Assembly (NCBI RefSeq): GCF_006345805.1
Contig: NW_021829629.1
Location: 1 to 32,305 of the forward strand
From: Octopus sinensis
Taxonomy: Eukaryota
Direction of reading: 5' to 3'
DNA length: 32,305 nucleotides
This document shows, piece after piece, positions 22,138-32,305 of the stretch. The position numbers and the translations under genes were made by a program. The notes under the pieces were generated by a model. That model was given only the letters and a program-made list of their open reading frames with translations. It was not told the origin of the DNA and searched no databases. Position 1 is the stretch's first letter; every line of letters begins with the position of its first letter.

Positions 22138-22409
22138 ATTGTATATCATTACGTTCATCGCCATTTTCTTATCAGCTTGAGAATGTAGGATGTAAAGGTA
22201 CAGGACGTGTATGCGTGTAGAGGGAGCAGTCAGAAGGTGAGCAAAATGTACAGAATACGTATGAAGGGCTCTTGCCAGTTAAGAAGCACTTTCTTGCAGT
22301 GAGTCTGCCCTGGGAGTGTGTGGGTTCGTTCGTGAAATACGAGATCAGCGGGCAATCTCCATCATTGACGTCACACATCCAGTCAGTGATAGATATCGGT
22401 GAGAAGGAA

Positions 22410-22945
22410 GGCGGAGAGGTGGAGGTGGTGGCGATGGCGGTGGAGGTGGCGGTGGTGGACGTGGTGGTGGTGGTGGTAGTGGTGGTAGTGGTGGTGGTGG
22501 CGGTGGCGGCGGTGTTGGTGGTGGTGGTGTTGGTGGTGGTGGTGTTGGTGGTGGTGGTGGTGGTGGTGGTGGTGGCGGTGGCGGCGGTGTTGGTGGTGGT
22601 GGTGGTGGTGGTGGTGGTGGTGGTGGTGGTGGTGGTGGTGGTGGTGATGGTGGTGGTGGAAGTGGTGGTGTGGTGGTGGTGGTGGAGGTGTTGGTGGTGT
22701 TGGTGGTGGTGGTGGTGGGTAATGCGAGCGCACTGTCTTAACTGTCTTGGCCACGTCTTATCGTCAGCATCAACGTTTACGATATGAGCATGCGTAGAAT
22801 GATGAAGATGAAGATGAAGATGAAGATGGAGATGAGGATGAGGATCGCGATCATAACGTAATGACGATCACCGTTATCATCATCATCGCCATCGTAGCTG
22901 CCATGGTCATTATTATCGTTATCATCATCATCGCAGTCGTCGTCG

Positions 22946-22996
<51 letters not shown>

Positions 22997-23045
22997 CCAT
23001 CAACATCCTCCTCATCCTCATCATCATCATTATAATCATCATTAT

Positions 23046-23097
<52 letters not shown>

Positions 23098-23306
23098 GAC
23101 ATCAACATCATCATCATCATCATCATCATCATTATAATCATAATCATCAACATCAACATCATCATCATAATCATCATCATCATCATCATCATTATAATCA
23201 TCATCATCATCATTATAATCATCATCATCATCATTATAATCATCATCATCATCATTATAATCATCATCATCATCATCATAATCATCATCATCATCATCAC
23301 CACCAC

Positions 23307-23362
<56 letters not shown>

Positions 23363-24610
23363 GGATCATCAACATCATCATATCCTCCTCCTCCGCCTCA
23401 TCATTATCATCAACACCATCATCATCATTATTGTCTTCGTCGTCATCACCATCACCATCGTCATCATCGTCGTCATCATAATCCCTCTCTTCATCTTCCT
23501 TCCTCCGCATCCTCCTTCTCATCGTTATCTCTACCAACCCCACGCCCACCACCATAACCACCAGCACCACAACTACTGCCGCAACCACCACCACCATCAC
23601 CAGCACCAGCTCTATCCTCACTAGCACTGGTACCCCCCCAACACCAACACCGCCATTACCACCATCAACGTCATCATTATCATTATCAACCGCGTTAATT
23701 ACGTACTTATATGATCTTTGCGCCAGAACATCGCAGCCATCGACCTAAACCACTCCACGAAACCGCCCCTTCTCCAAATGAGCAACAATTAACCATACCA
23801 TCGCAGTCGCCGCCGCTACGACGACCACTAAAAACACCAGGGCCAGTACCACCTTCAACAGCAGCAGCACTGCCAGCATACCAATCACCCCATTCGCCAC
23901 CATCACCACGATCACGACCACGACCACTATCATCGCGAATCAAGACAACCACCAGTACCACCACCACCAGCATCACAAGCATCAACACCACAACCACGAC
24001 GACGGCGATCACCACCACCACCACCACCACCACCACCACCACCACAACCACCACTACCACCACCACCACCACCAACACCTCTACTACCACCAGCACCACA
24101 ACGACGACGACGACCACCACCGCCACCACCGCCGCCGCCGCCACCACCAGCACTACCACCAATGTAGCCGCTGCTACCACCAGCACCACCATTGTACACT
24201 CAGTTGAACAAATTCCCAACATCGTTATCTCTGATAACGCAGTTCCTCTTCAACACCATTCACATCCATTATCATGATAATGGCGACGACGAAAACTACC
24301 ACCACCACCACCACCACCACCACCACCAGAACCCCCCCATTACCACCACCACCACCAACGTCACCGCCATCATCATCTTCATCATCATAATCCACACAAT
24401 CTTCCTTTTTCGTCCAATTGTTACTCGTCACCATCGTCATCGTCGCCTTCGCCGTCATCCTCGCTGCAGAACAGCAGTAGCGGCAGCATCACTACCACAA
24501 CCAGCGTCAGCAACAGCAGCAGCCACACCACCATCACCACCACCACCACCACCACCACTACCACCACCACCACAAACCACCACCATCACCCCACCAACAT
24601 CACCGATGAC
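22410..24610. repeat. Trinucleotide-repeat domain: (GGT)n, (GAT)n, (ATC)n, (ACC)n
   Basis: Direct reading. (GGT)n is on + at 22410-22700 and its complement (ACC)n-type repeats lie further right. Confidence 0.9.
23711..24277 (+). CDS. Possible low-complexity Pro/Thr-rich coding exon (unverified)
   Basis: 188-aa ORF with non-repetitive N- and C-terminal parts, a PNIVIS segment, a possible acceptor ctttgcgccAG near 23727 and a double stop TGA TAA. No recognisable domain. Confidence 0.25.
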   Translation: MIFAPEHRSHRPKPLHETAPSPNEQQLTIPSQSPPLRRPLKTPGPVPPSTAAALPAYQSPHSPPSPRSRPRPLSSRIKTTTSTTTTSITSINTTTTTTAITTTTTTTTTTTTTTTTTTTTTNTSTTTSTTTTTTTTTATTAAAATTSTTTNVAAATTSTTIVHSVEQIPNIVISDNAVPLQHHSHPLS

Positions 24611-24749
24611 GGAATACTTACGTTACGTGTAATTCCTTTACCCAATACCATATGATCCACATCGTTAGATATTCTAGAAACAGCTGTAAGAGACGAAGTA
24701 TTCATCGTAACTATTCTGCACTAGGCCTATATCATAAATTGTTCTAGAG

Positions 24750-25363
24750 CAGTGCTTTTCAACCTTGTTGCTGGAGCGGAACCCCAAGGAAACATTCCAC
24801 TAGCTCGAGGAACCCCTGTGCAATAATTTAATAGTCTTATGCACGCATAAGGCGCAGGAGTGGCTGTGTGGTAAGTAGTTTGCTAACCAACCACATGGTT
24901 CCGGGCTCAGCCCCACTGCGTGGCATCTTGGGCAAGTGTCTTCTGCTATAGCTCCGGGCCGACCAATGCCTTGTGAGTGGATTTGGTAGACGGAAACTGA
25001 AAGAAGCCTGTCGTATATATGTATATATATATGTGTGTTTGTGTGTTTGTGTGTCTGTGTTTGTCCCCCTAGCATTGTTTGACAACCGATGCTGGTGTGT
25101 TTACGTCCCGTCACTTAGCGGTTCGGTCAAAGTGACCGATAGAATAAGTACTGGGCTTACAAAAAATAAGTCCCGGGGTCGATTTGCTCGACTAAAGGGG
25201 TGCTCCAGCATGGCCGCAGACAAATGACTGAAACAAGTAAAAGAAAAAGAAAAAAAAAGATATCTGCACAGGAGAATTAAAAATTACTGCCGATTTTAGC
25301 AGTTTTGTAACTTCTTGCGGAACCCCTGGACTGTACTGGCGGAACCCTCGTTGAAAACCACTG
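24750..25363. mobile_element. hAT (Charlie/Buster-like) MITE with 8-bp TSD, interrupted by a SINE
   Basis: TIR cagtgcttttcaac / gttgaaaaccactg. Perfect TSD ttctagag at 24742-49 and 25364-71, matching the NTCTAGAN target preference. Confidence 0.9.
24851..25259 (+). mobile_element. SINE family B, full length, nested in the hAT MITE
   Basis: ggcgcaggagtggctgtgtggtaag head through gactgaaacaagtaaaag tail. Confidence 0.9.
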
Positions 25364-25594
25364 TTCTAGAGTGATGCCATATGTTTTGCTTGTTCATTAT
25401 TTTTTTAATGTATATCTAGTCGCTCAATGATGAACCACTTCTAGCCGCTTTGGTAGGCAATTTCAGCACCACATTTTTCAGATGCAGTTCAACCTGGTGT
25501 TTCAGCGGTAAACTAGACCGAGCATTCATAGTATTCATAATACATAGCTATTACATTACGTCAATTGATGAAAATTTATTTCACATAGGTATAT

Positions 25595-25792
25595 GTAATT
25601 ATGTATGTATGTATGTATGTATGTATATATGTATGTGTGTATGTATGTATGTATGTATGTATGTATGTATGTATGTATGTACGTATGTATGTATGCATGT
25701 ATGTTTGTATGTATGTATGTACGCATGCATGTATGTATGTATATATATAGGCATATGTATATATAAACATAAATATATATTATATATACTAT

Positions 25793-25823
<31 letters not shown>

Positions 25824-25939
25824 TGTGCATATATATATATATATAAACAAATATATATTATATATACTATATATATATATATATACGTATATGTATGTGC
25901 ATATATATATATTATATATACTACATATATGCATATGTG

Positions 25940-25995
<56 letters not shown>

Positions 25996-26010
25996 TGTGT
26001 ATGTGTGTGT
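25595..26010. repeat. (ATGT)/(TA)/(TG) compound microsatellite
   Basis: Direct reading. Confidence 0.9.
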
Positions 26011-26229
26011 ATATTGCTTTCAAAGGCACTAAGTCGGTGAACATTATCACTACAAAAAAACTTCATACGCCGCTTTGAATAATTTTATTGACAATGACAT
26101 CGCCGTTTTGCCGGATTTATAGCTAATTCAAAAAAGTTTTGCACAAACCATAAATCCGGAAAAAAATTGCTAGTGACTATTAACAAAATTTTACACCTAT
26201 ATTTTAGTGTACGCCCATACATACTGAGA

Positions 26230-26333
26230 CATACGAACTCAAACACGCACATACGCATACATACATGGATACATACAGCTACATACATACGTGTATGCAT
26301 ATATACATACATATATGTACGACTATCTACCTC

Positions 26334-26400
<67 letters not shown>

Positions 26401-26483
26401 CATATATATATATATATATACATATACATACATACTTATATATATATAAATATATATATACACATATATTTGTAATATAATAT

Positions 26484-26514
<31 letters not shown>

Positions 26515-26598
26515 CATATATATATATATACATATACATACATACATACATATATATATATATATACAAATATATAATACACATATATTTGTAAATAG

Positions 26599-26636
<38 letters not shown>

Positions 26637-26831
26637 CATATATATATATATACATATACATACATACCATACATATATATATATAATATATAATATATAT
26701 ATATATATATATATGTAGGTGTTGGGTATTTGTGTGTGTGTGAGATTTTGTATACATATACTGCAACTGAAGCATATATATCCTCATGTTTCTCTCTCTC
26801 TCTATATATATAACTATATATATGTATGCAT

Positions 26832-26895
<64 letters not shown>

Positions 26896-26945
26896 CATGT
26901 AGAAGTAGGTACGTACATATATGTATGTATATATGCATATGTTTT
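26230..26945. repeat. (TA)/(TACA)-rich microsatellite field
   Basis: Direct reading. Confidence 0.9.
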
Positions 26946-27897
26946 ATTTATTGATTTTTTATATGATGGAACGCACGCATCCATTTCTAAGTAAGATTGT
27001 TCTTGATATTAATAATGATGCGCACTCTTGATCTTTCTGTCCCCTCCCTTTCTCAGCCTTCATTCTTTCTGGTTTCCTTTTCTTCTACCTTACTGTCTCT
27101 CCCCCCCTCTCTCTCTCATTCTTTCTGGTTTCCTCACAACCATTCCCTTTTTTCTCTCCCTTTTTCTTGCTTCACCTCCTCCCTCCCATCGTTGACCCGC
27201 GACGAAACCTCTGCTACTGCCTTTCTGGCCTGGCGTCCTTGATGTGTAGACAGCATTTTCTGTTGCTCCTTCGCCGTTCTCAAAAATAGCGTTCGTAACA
27301 CCTTATCTCGTTCGGCTTAACAGCCCTTCTTGTCTTGTTATTCTCCTTGTCCTGTCTTTTACTGTTTATATTTTGTACTGTCGTTACTGTCCTGTTTTTG
27401 TTACCATTTTTACCCCTCTGCAAAAAAATCTCAAATTTTATTTAATTTGCTTTTCGCGGGAAGGAAAGTTTCTTTCGAAGATGCGTATCGCCTTCACCCT
27501 CGAAACGTAGAGTAGATGAAACCATGGCGACTGAAGAAGGGAAATTTTCCTTGTGTTATTTGTTCTGTACTCTATTTTTTCGTTGTTTAAGAACAATGTC
27601 CAGTTCCTTGGTTTTGTGTTTATGTTTTCGTTTCTCATTATGTTCGACGTTTTTTTTGGTGTCCTGTACCCATATATGCATGTATATATACATGTAGAGG
27701 TAGGTACGTACATATATGTATGTATATATGCATATGTTTTTAATTTATTAATTTATATATATATGTATATATATATATATATATAAATATATTATATATA
27801 TATATATATTATATATATAATATATGCATGCATATAAATATACATATATACATATATATATGCATATACAAATATATATACATGCAAACATACATAT

Positions 27898-27990
27898 ATT
27901 CGGTCATCCCATAAATAATGGGGTTTTAATTAACTAAAAGTCGGAGGGAGATGGAATAAACTGCCTGCATCAACTTGCATCAAATTGTAT
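27898..27990. mobile_element. Possible mariner-type TIR fragment
   Basis: TA-flanked ttcggtcatcccataaataatg. No partner end was found. Confidence 0.3.
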
Positions 27991-28142
27991 ATATATATAT
28001 ATATATATATATCAATACGTAGATATACGTACTCACATACATGCATATAAGTATACACGCATACAATCATGCATATATATATATATATATATGAAAAAAC
28101 AAGTCAAAATAGAAAATGCTAAAAATTTTTATAAAGACATTT

Positions 28143-28179
28143 CAGTACCGTTTCGGTCATTTTGAGACCTTTTCAACTG
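28143..28179 (-). ncRNA. Minimal type-I hammerhead ribozyme-like motif, U3-A8 variant
   Basis: Minus strand: (tta)cag|TTGAAAA|ggtc-tcaaaat-gacc|GAAA|cgg|TA|ctg(aaa). Confidence 0.6.
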
Positions 28180-28646
28180 TAACGATAAATAATAATTAAA
28201 TTTAGAAAAATTAGAAGAAAAGTTTTTTAAAGGATATTTGTATAGTAGTGTTCAAATATAAGTGGCATTCTGCCTTTCTCTGACTCCCTTGTTTGCACTT
28301 GTGTGTTCGAGATATATATATATATATTATATATATATTTTTATAAATATATATACCTTTTGCCTTTGTGTCTATATTAAATATCATGCTGTATGCGTGT
28401 ATATAAGCAGCGAGCGTGTTGGTGTGAAAAAAACGACAGCAGATGGCCGAGTTGGCAGAGTGTCGCATAAATAGTTACTGAATCCAAGAATTCGTATTCT
28501 TTAACCGGCTTCTGCTCGCACTGTATCATCAGCTAAGGCACTTGACCCTCAAAAACTGAGTTCAAATCCAACTAGCTTTATACAAGAACCGCATGGGTTG
28601 GTGTTACAATTCACGTTTGTAAGGAACTGGTCACAGACATGATATT

Positions 28647-29270
28647 GATTTCATATTTTGGCACAGGGCCAGCAATTTTGAGGAAGTGGATAAGTCGATT
28701 AAATCGACCCTAGTGCTCAACTGGTATTTATTTTATCGATCCCGAAAGGATAAAAGGCAAAGTCGATCTCCACGGATTCTAAACACCGAACGTAAAGACA
28801 AAATGTCGCTAAGAATAGTTATTGCTAAGTATGTTGCCTGATACTTAGGCGCAGGAGTGGCTGTGTGGTAAGTAGCTTGCTTATCAACCACATGGTTCCG
28901 GGTTCAGTCCCACTGCGTGGCATCTTGGGCAAGTGTCTTCTGCTATAGCCTCGGGCCGATCAATGCCTTGTGAGTGGATTTGGTAGACGGAAACTGAAAG
29001 AAGACTGTCGTATATATGTATGTATATATATGTCCTCCTAGCATTGCTTGACAACCGATGCCGGTGTGTTTATGTCCCCGTCACTTAGCGGTTCGGCAAA
29101 AAGAGATCGATAGAATAAGTACGGGGTTACAAAGAATAAGTCCCGGGGTCGAGTTGCTCGATCAAAGGCGGTGCTCCAGCATGACCGCAGTCAAATGACT
29201 GAAACAAGTAAACGAGAAACGAGTAAACGAGAATACAATAGCTATTCTGCTAGCTCGCCGCTTCGGCTAC
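28647..29270 (-). mobile_element. Old SINE family A copy split by SINE B insertion
   Basis: Body at 28647-28847. The head ctattctgctagctcgccg resumes at about 29241. Confidence 0.7.
28848..29233 (+). mobile_element. SINE family B, full length
   Basis: Same head, central segment and tail as the 24851 copy. Confidence 0.9.
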
Positions 29271-29284
29271 GTACATAATATTCT

Positions 29285-29485
29285 TTTCTACACAAGGTCA
29301 GAAAATTTTGGGGAATGGGCTAGTCGATTATATCGACCCCAATACACAACTGGTACTCATTTTATCGACTCTGAAAAGTAGAAAAGCAAAGATTGACTTG
29401 GGTGAAATTTCATCTCAGAATTTAAAGGCCGGGAAGAAATGGCGTGAAAGATTTTGTGTGACACATTAACGATTCTGCCAGTCGA
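29285..29485 (-). mobile_element. SINE family A, diverged (short tail)
   Basis: gtcgattatatcgacccc...aactggtactcattttatcgac...gattctgccag. Confidence 0.7.
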
Positions 29486-29859
29486 TGCCGTGGCTGCACT
29501 CTATTAAAGAGTGTTTTGTCAGATTACTTTCCTACGTTTAGTTGCACACACACGAAAGGTTACGTGCGATAGACTACTGTTTATGCAGAGAGTATAATAA
29601 GAAGGTTTTTCTCACGCTGCTTTAACGTCACAGAAAAATAGAGTCAAGCACCCCTGAACCGTAAAAGTGCAGATGTCGATAAATTGAAAGAATTATGTAT
29701 ATTCCAATGCATGGCAAAGAGGTTGGAAAATTTGCTTAGCAATTATATGACCTTGGATTTGACCCCACAGCATGGCAGCTGGGATAATCGTATATTTATA
29801 TATATTGATATATACTTGCCTTTACCGCGGTCCATATTTAATGATATAAACACATTTCG

Positions 29860-29927
<68 letters not shown>
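29860..29927. repeat. (CTAT)n microsatellite
   Basis: Direct reading. Confidence 0.9.
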
Positions 29928-29928
<1 letters not shown>

Positions 29929-30308
29929 AATTAGTTAGTTAATCAAAACAAGAAAGCACAAAAAAACACAACAACGCGAGGACGTGGAACAAATATAGTA
30001 TTATTGGACGCTCAGGAAAGAAGGAAAGAAGGAGCTCTTCGTTGGAAACATAAGAGAAGGAAAGATCCAGAGAAGGGAAGAAAGAGGAAAAAAAATCGCC
30101 AATAATATATATATTATTCAAGGATCGATGTGTAGGAAGGAAATTTTCAAGCAATCCGTAGTAAACACAAAAAGCATCTTTCAGGGACAATAGTCGTTTA
30201 TTGAGACGGAAGGTTGTGGATTTCTTCGTATCGAAGTACAATAAATTGAATATATACATATGGCGGTGCCCCAGCATGACCACAGCTAGTAAGCTGAAAC
30301 TAGATAAA

Positions 30309-30490
30309 ATATATATATGCTGCTGAAAAGGTCCTGGTTTGGGGTAAAAGAAAATACAGGAGGTTCAGTTAATTATGATTTTATTCAACGTATTCCCCTC
30401 TCAGATTCACACACTTATTGCAGTGGTCCTCCAGTTCTTTGAAGCTCTGTAAAAGAAGTTGAAAGTCTGGGCCATATACTCCTTTTCAGT
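30309..30490 (-). pseudogene. Mariner-family deletion derivative with transposase C-terminus
   Basis: Minus strand 30455-30381 translates LLQSFKELEDHCNKCVNLRGEYVE*, matching the mariner C-terminal KC..L.G.YVE motif. TIR-like gctgctgaaaaggtcctgg at the left end, (TA)n flanks. Confidence 0.75.
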
Positions 30491-31472
30491 ATATATATAT
30501 ATATATATATATAATTTCAACAATTGAGGGTAAAATTAATAAATTAATCAATTTCACCAAGTATTCAGTATGCAAAGGGACCATTTAAGGCGAATCTCAA
30601 TTATTACAATTATATAAGGGCTTAGTAAAATAAATTACTTTGCCGCATACTGAACTCATTAGAAATAGCAGCTAAAAAAACTTTTTTAAAAACTATTTCT
30701 AATACTTAAAGAAAACCTCTCTCATATAGTGTTTGCTCAATTCAACTCACGAAGTATGGGGGTAAAGACATTAAAAAAATCAAATGCAAAGGTTATTATA
30801 TATAATATTATATATATATTATATATTATATATATACAGTAATATAAGTTGACGAGTAGGCATGCTCAGAAAAATGATTTACAAAGACCTAAGAGTACAT
30901 TTATTTATTCATTGACAGACACACACACACAATGTATTTATGCATATATATACATATGGACAAGCATACATACATATGTGCATACATATACATATATATC
31001 TGTGTTTGTGTATGCATGTCCGTATGTATGTTTGTATACACACACACACACACACACATACACACACACACACGCACACTCATATCTATATCTGCACAGA
31101 TAGTTATATATTTACGCGACACACGTACAACCATGTGATGGTAAGCAGTTTTCATATTTTTAATTAAATCAAATTGTGTAATAATGAAATTTCTTACCAG
31201 CCACAATCACTGCACTTCCTATCGGTATTGGACGTATCAACACGTTCGTGTGATATCTTACAAAACACGATATCAATGTTCCATTGATGTAAAGATACAA
31301 TTCATCATGTCCGCCGTATCGACGTATCAATTATGCGATATTTTCGTGATATGTGTGATAAATTTTAGAAATTGGAATGGCTTCTAATAGAGACGCTGAC
31401 TGCCAGAAGGATTGGTTGATATAGATATATGTGTTACGCGTGTGTAAGGTGTGTATGTGTGTGTGTGTGTGT

Positions 31473-31519
<47 letters not shown>

Positions 31520-31520
31520 T

Positions 31521-31719
31521 CGTGTGTCTGTGTTTGTCCCTCCAGCATTGCTTGACAACCGATGGTGGTGTGTTCAAGTCCCCGTAACTTAGCAGTCAGG
31601 CAAAAGAGACCAATAGAATAAGAACTAGGATTCCAAAGAATAAATCCTGGTGTCGATTTGCTCGACTAAAGGCGGTGCTCCAGCATGGCCGCAGTCAAAT
31701 GACTGAAACAAGTAAAAGA
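31521..31719 (+). mobile_element. SINE family B 3' half
   Basis: gtgtctgtgtttgtccc...cagcatggccgcagtcaaatgactgaaacaagtaaaag following (TG)n. Confidence 0.85.
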
Positions 31720-31725
31720 TTAAAT

Positions 31726-31778
<53 letters not shown>

Positions 31779-31857
31779 CAATTGCAGCGTGGAAGGTGTT
31801 TATAAGCCCTTTAAGAAAACACACAACCCGTTCGATTCACTTCAACATTTAAGTTAA

Positions 31858-31907
31858 TTTGTCAAAATATTTTCGTCGCTAAAATCCGCGACCTGTTCAC
31901 TGACAAA
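31858..31907 (-). ncRNA. Hammerhead ribozyme-like motif, G3-C8 variant (left arm)
   Basis: Minus strand: tttgtca|GTGAACA|g|gtcgc-ggatttta-gcgac|GAAA|atat|TT|tgacaaa. Confidence 0.65.
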
Positions 31908-31929
31908 AATCCGTACTGCATCTCGGATT

Positions 31930-31977
31930 TTGTCAGTGAACAGGTCGCGGATTTTAGCGACGAAAATATTTTGACAA
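31930..31977 (+). ncRNA. Hammerhead ribozyme-like motif, G3-C8 variant (right arm)
   Basis: ttgtca|GTGAACA|g|gtcgc-ggatttta-gcgac|GAAA|atat|TT|tgacaa: 6-bp stem I, 5-bp stem II, palindromic stem III. Confidence 0.65.
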
Positions 31978-32113
31978 TTAAACTTAATGTTGAAGTGAAT
32001 CGAACGGGTTTTTTGTGTTTCTTAAATGGCTTACAAACACCTCCACGCTGCAATTGTTTTCGTTTCAGCACACGATCTCAGATCAAATTACTTGCTATGC
32101 GAGTACATCTCCG

Positions 32114-32148
<35 letters not shown>

Positions 32149-32247
32149 TATACTATATAATATAGGAGAGGAATAATTATAAAAGACAGAGTGTGTGTTG
32201 TCCGTCGGGCGTCAAATGGACGCCCGATCGACTGGTCGGTCAAGGTG

Positions 32248-32283
<36 letters not shown>

Positions 32284-32305
32284 TCTTTCTCTTTTACTCT
32301 TTTAC

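Larger units (their letters stand above)
31777..32058. repeat. Fold-back palindrome, ~136-bp arms, 10-nt spacer
   Basis: 31777-31913 pairs with 31924-32058 with scattered mismatches distally and a near-identical core. (TA)n lies on the left. Confidence 0.95.

Noticed and set aside
22172-22378. 68-aa Cys-containing ORF and TGACGTCA (CRE) site at about 22366
   Set aside because: No family similarity is recognisable, and a single 8-mer is expected by chance in 32 kb.
22272-23627. Poly-Val, poly-His, poly-Ile and poly-Met ORFs
   Set aside because: Pure (GGT)n and (ATC)n repeat translations.
27470-27550. Complete (type II) hammerhead from ccctcGAAACGTA ... CTGAAGAaggg
   Set aside because: Both core halves are present, but no stem I can be formed between gagtag and ggcga. 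Kept only as a relic hint.
30640-30680. Hammerhead in the 30520/3345 repeat (CTGAACT..GAAA)
   Set aside because: No G8/A9 and no stem II, so it does not fit the fold.

Overview
This is AT-rich, repeat-dense eukaryotic DNA, intergenic or intronic. The SINE, MITE and microsatellite content looks like an octopus or other coleoid cephalopod genome; that assignment is inferred from recognised repeat types, not from a search. No intact protein-coding gene can be supported, and almost every ORF in the track is a translation of microsatellites or SINEs. The window holds three tRNA-derived SINE families (one forming 184-bp concatemers of up to 9 units), Tc1/mariner and hAT MITEs, two transposase relics, Helitron-like elements, an 84-bp satellite and many simple repeats. 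The most striking unexplained signal is a dispersed set of at least six loci with minimal type-I hammerhead-ribozyme folds (3644+, 3971-/4018+, 9176+, 17326-, 28143-, 31858-/31930+). They have unrelated stems but conserved cores, and the tertiary 3-8 pair appears as C-G, U-A and G-C. Several sit in fold-back palindromes beside (TA)n tracts, which points to non-autonomous Penelope-like ribozyme retroelements.
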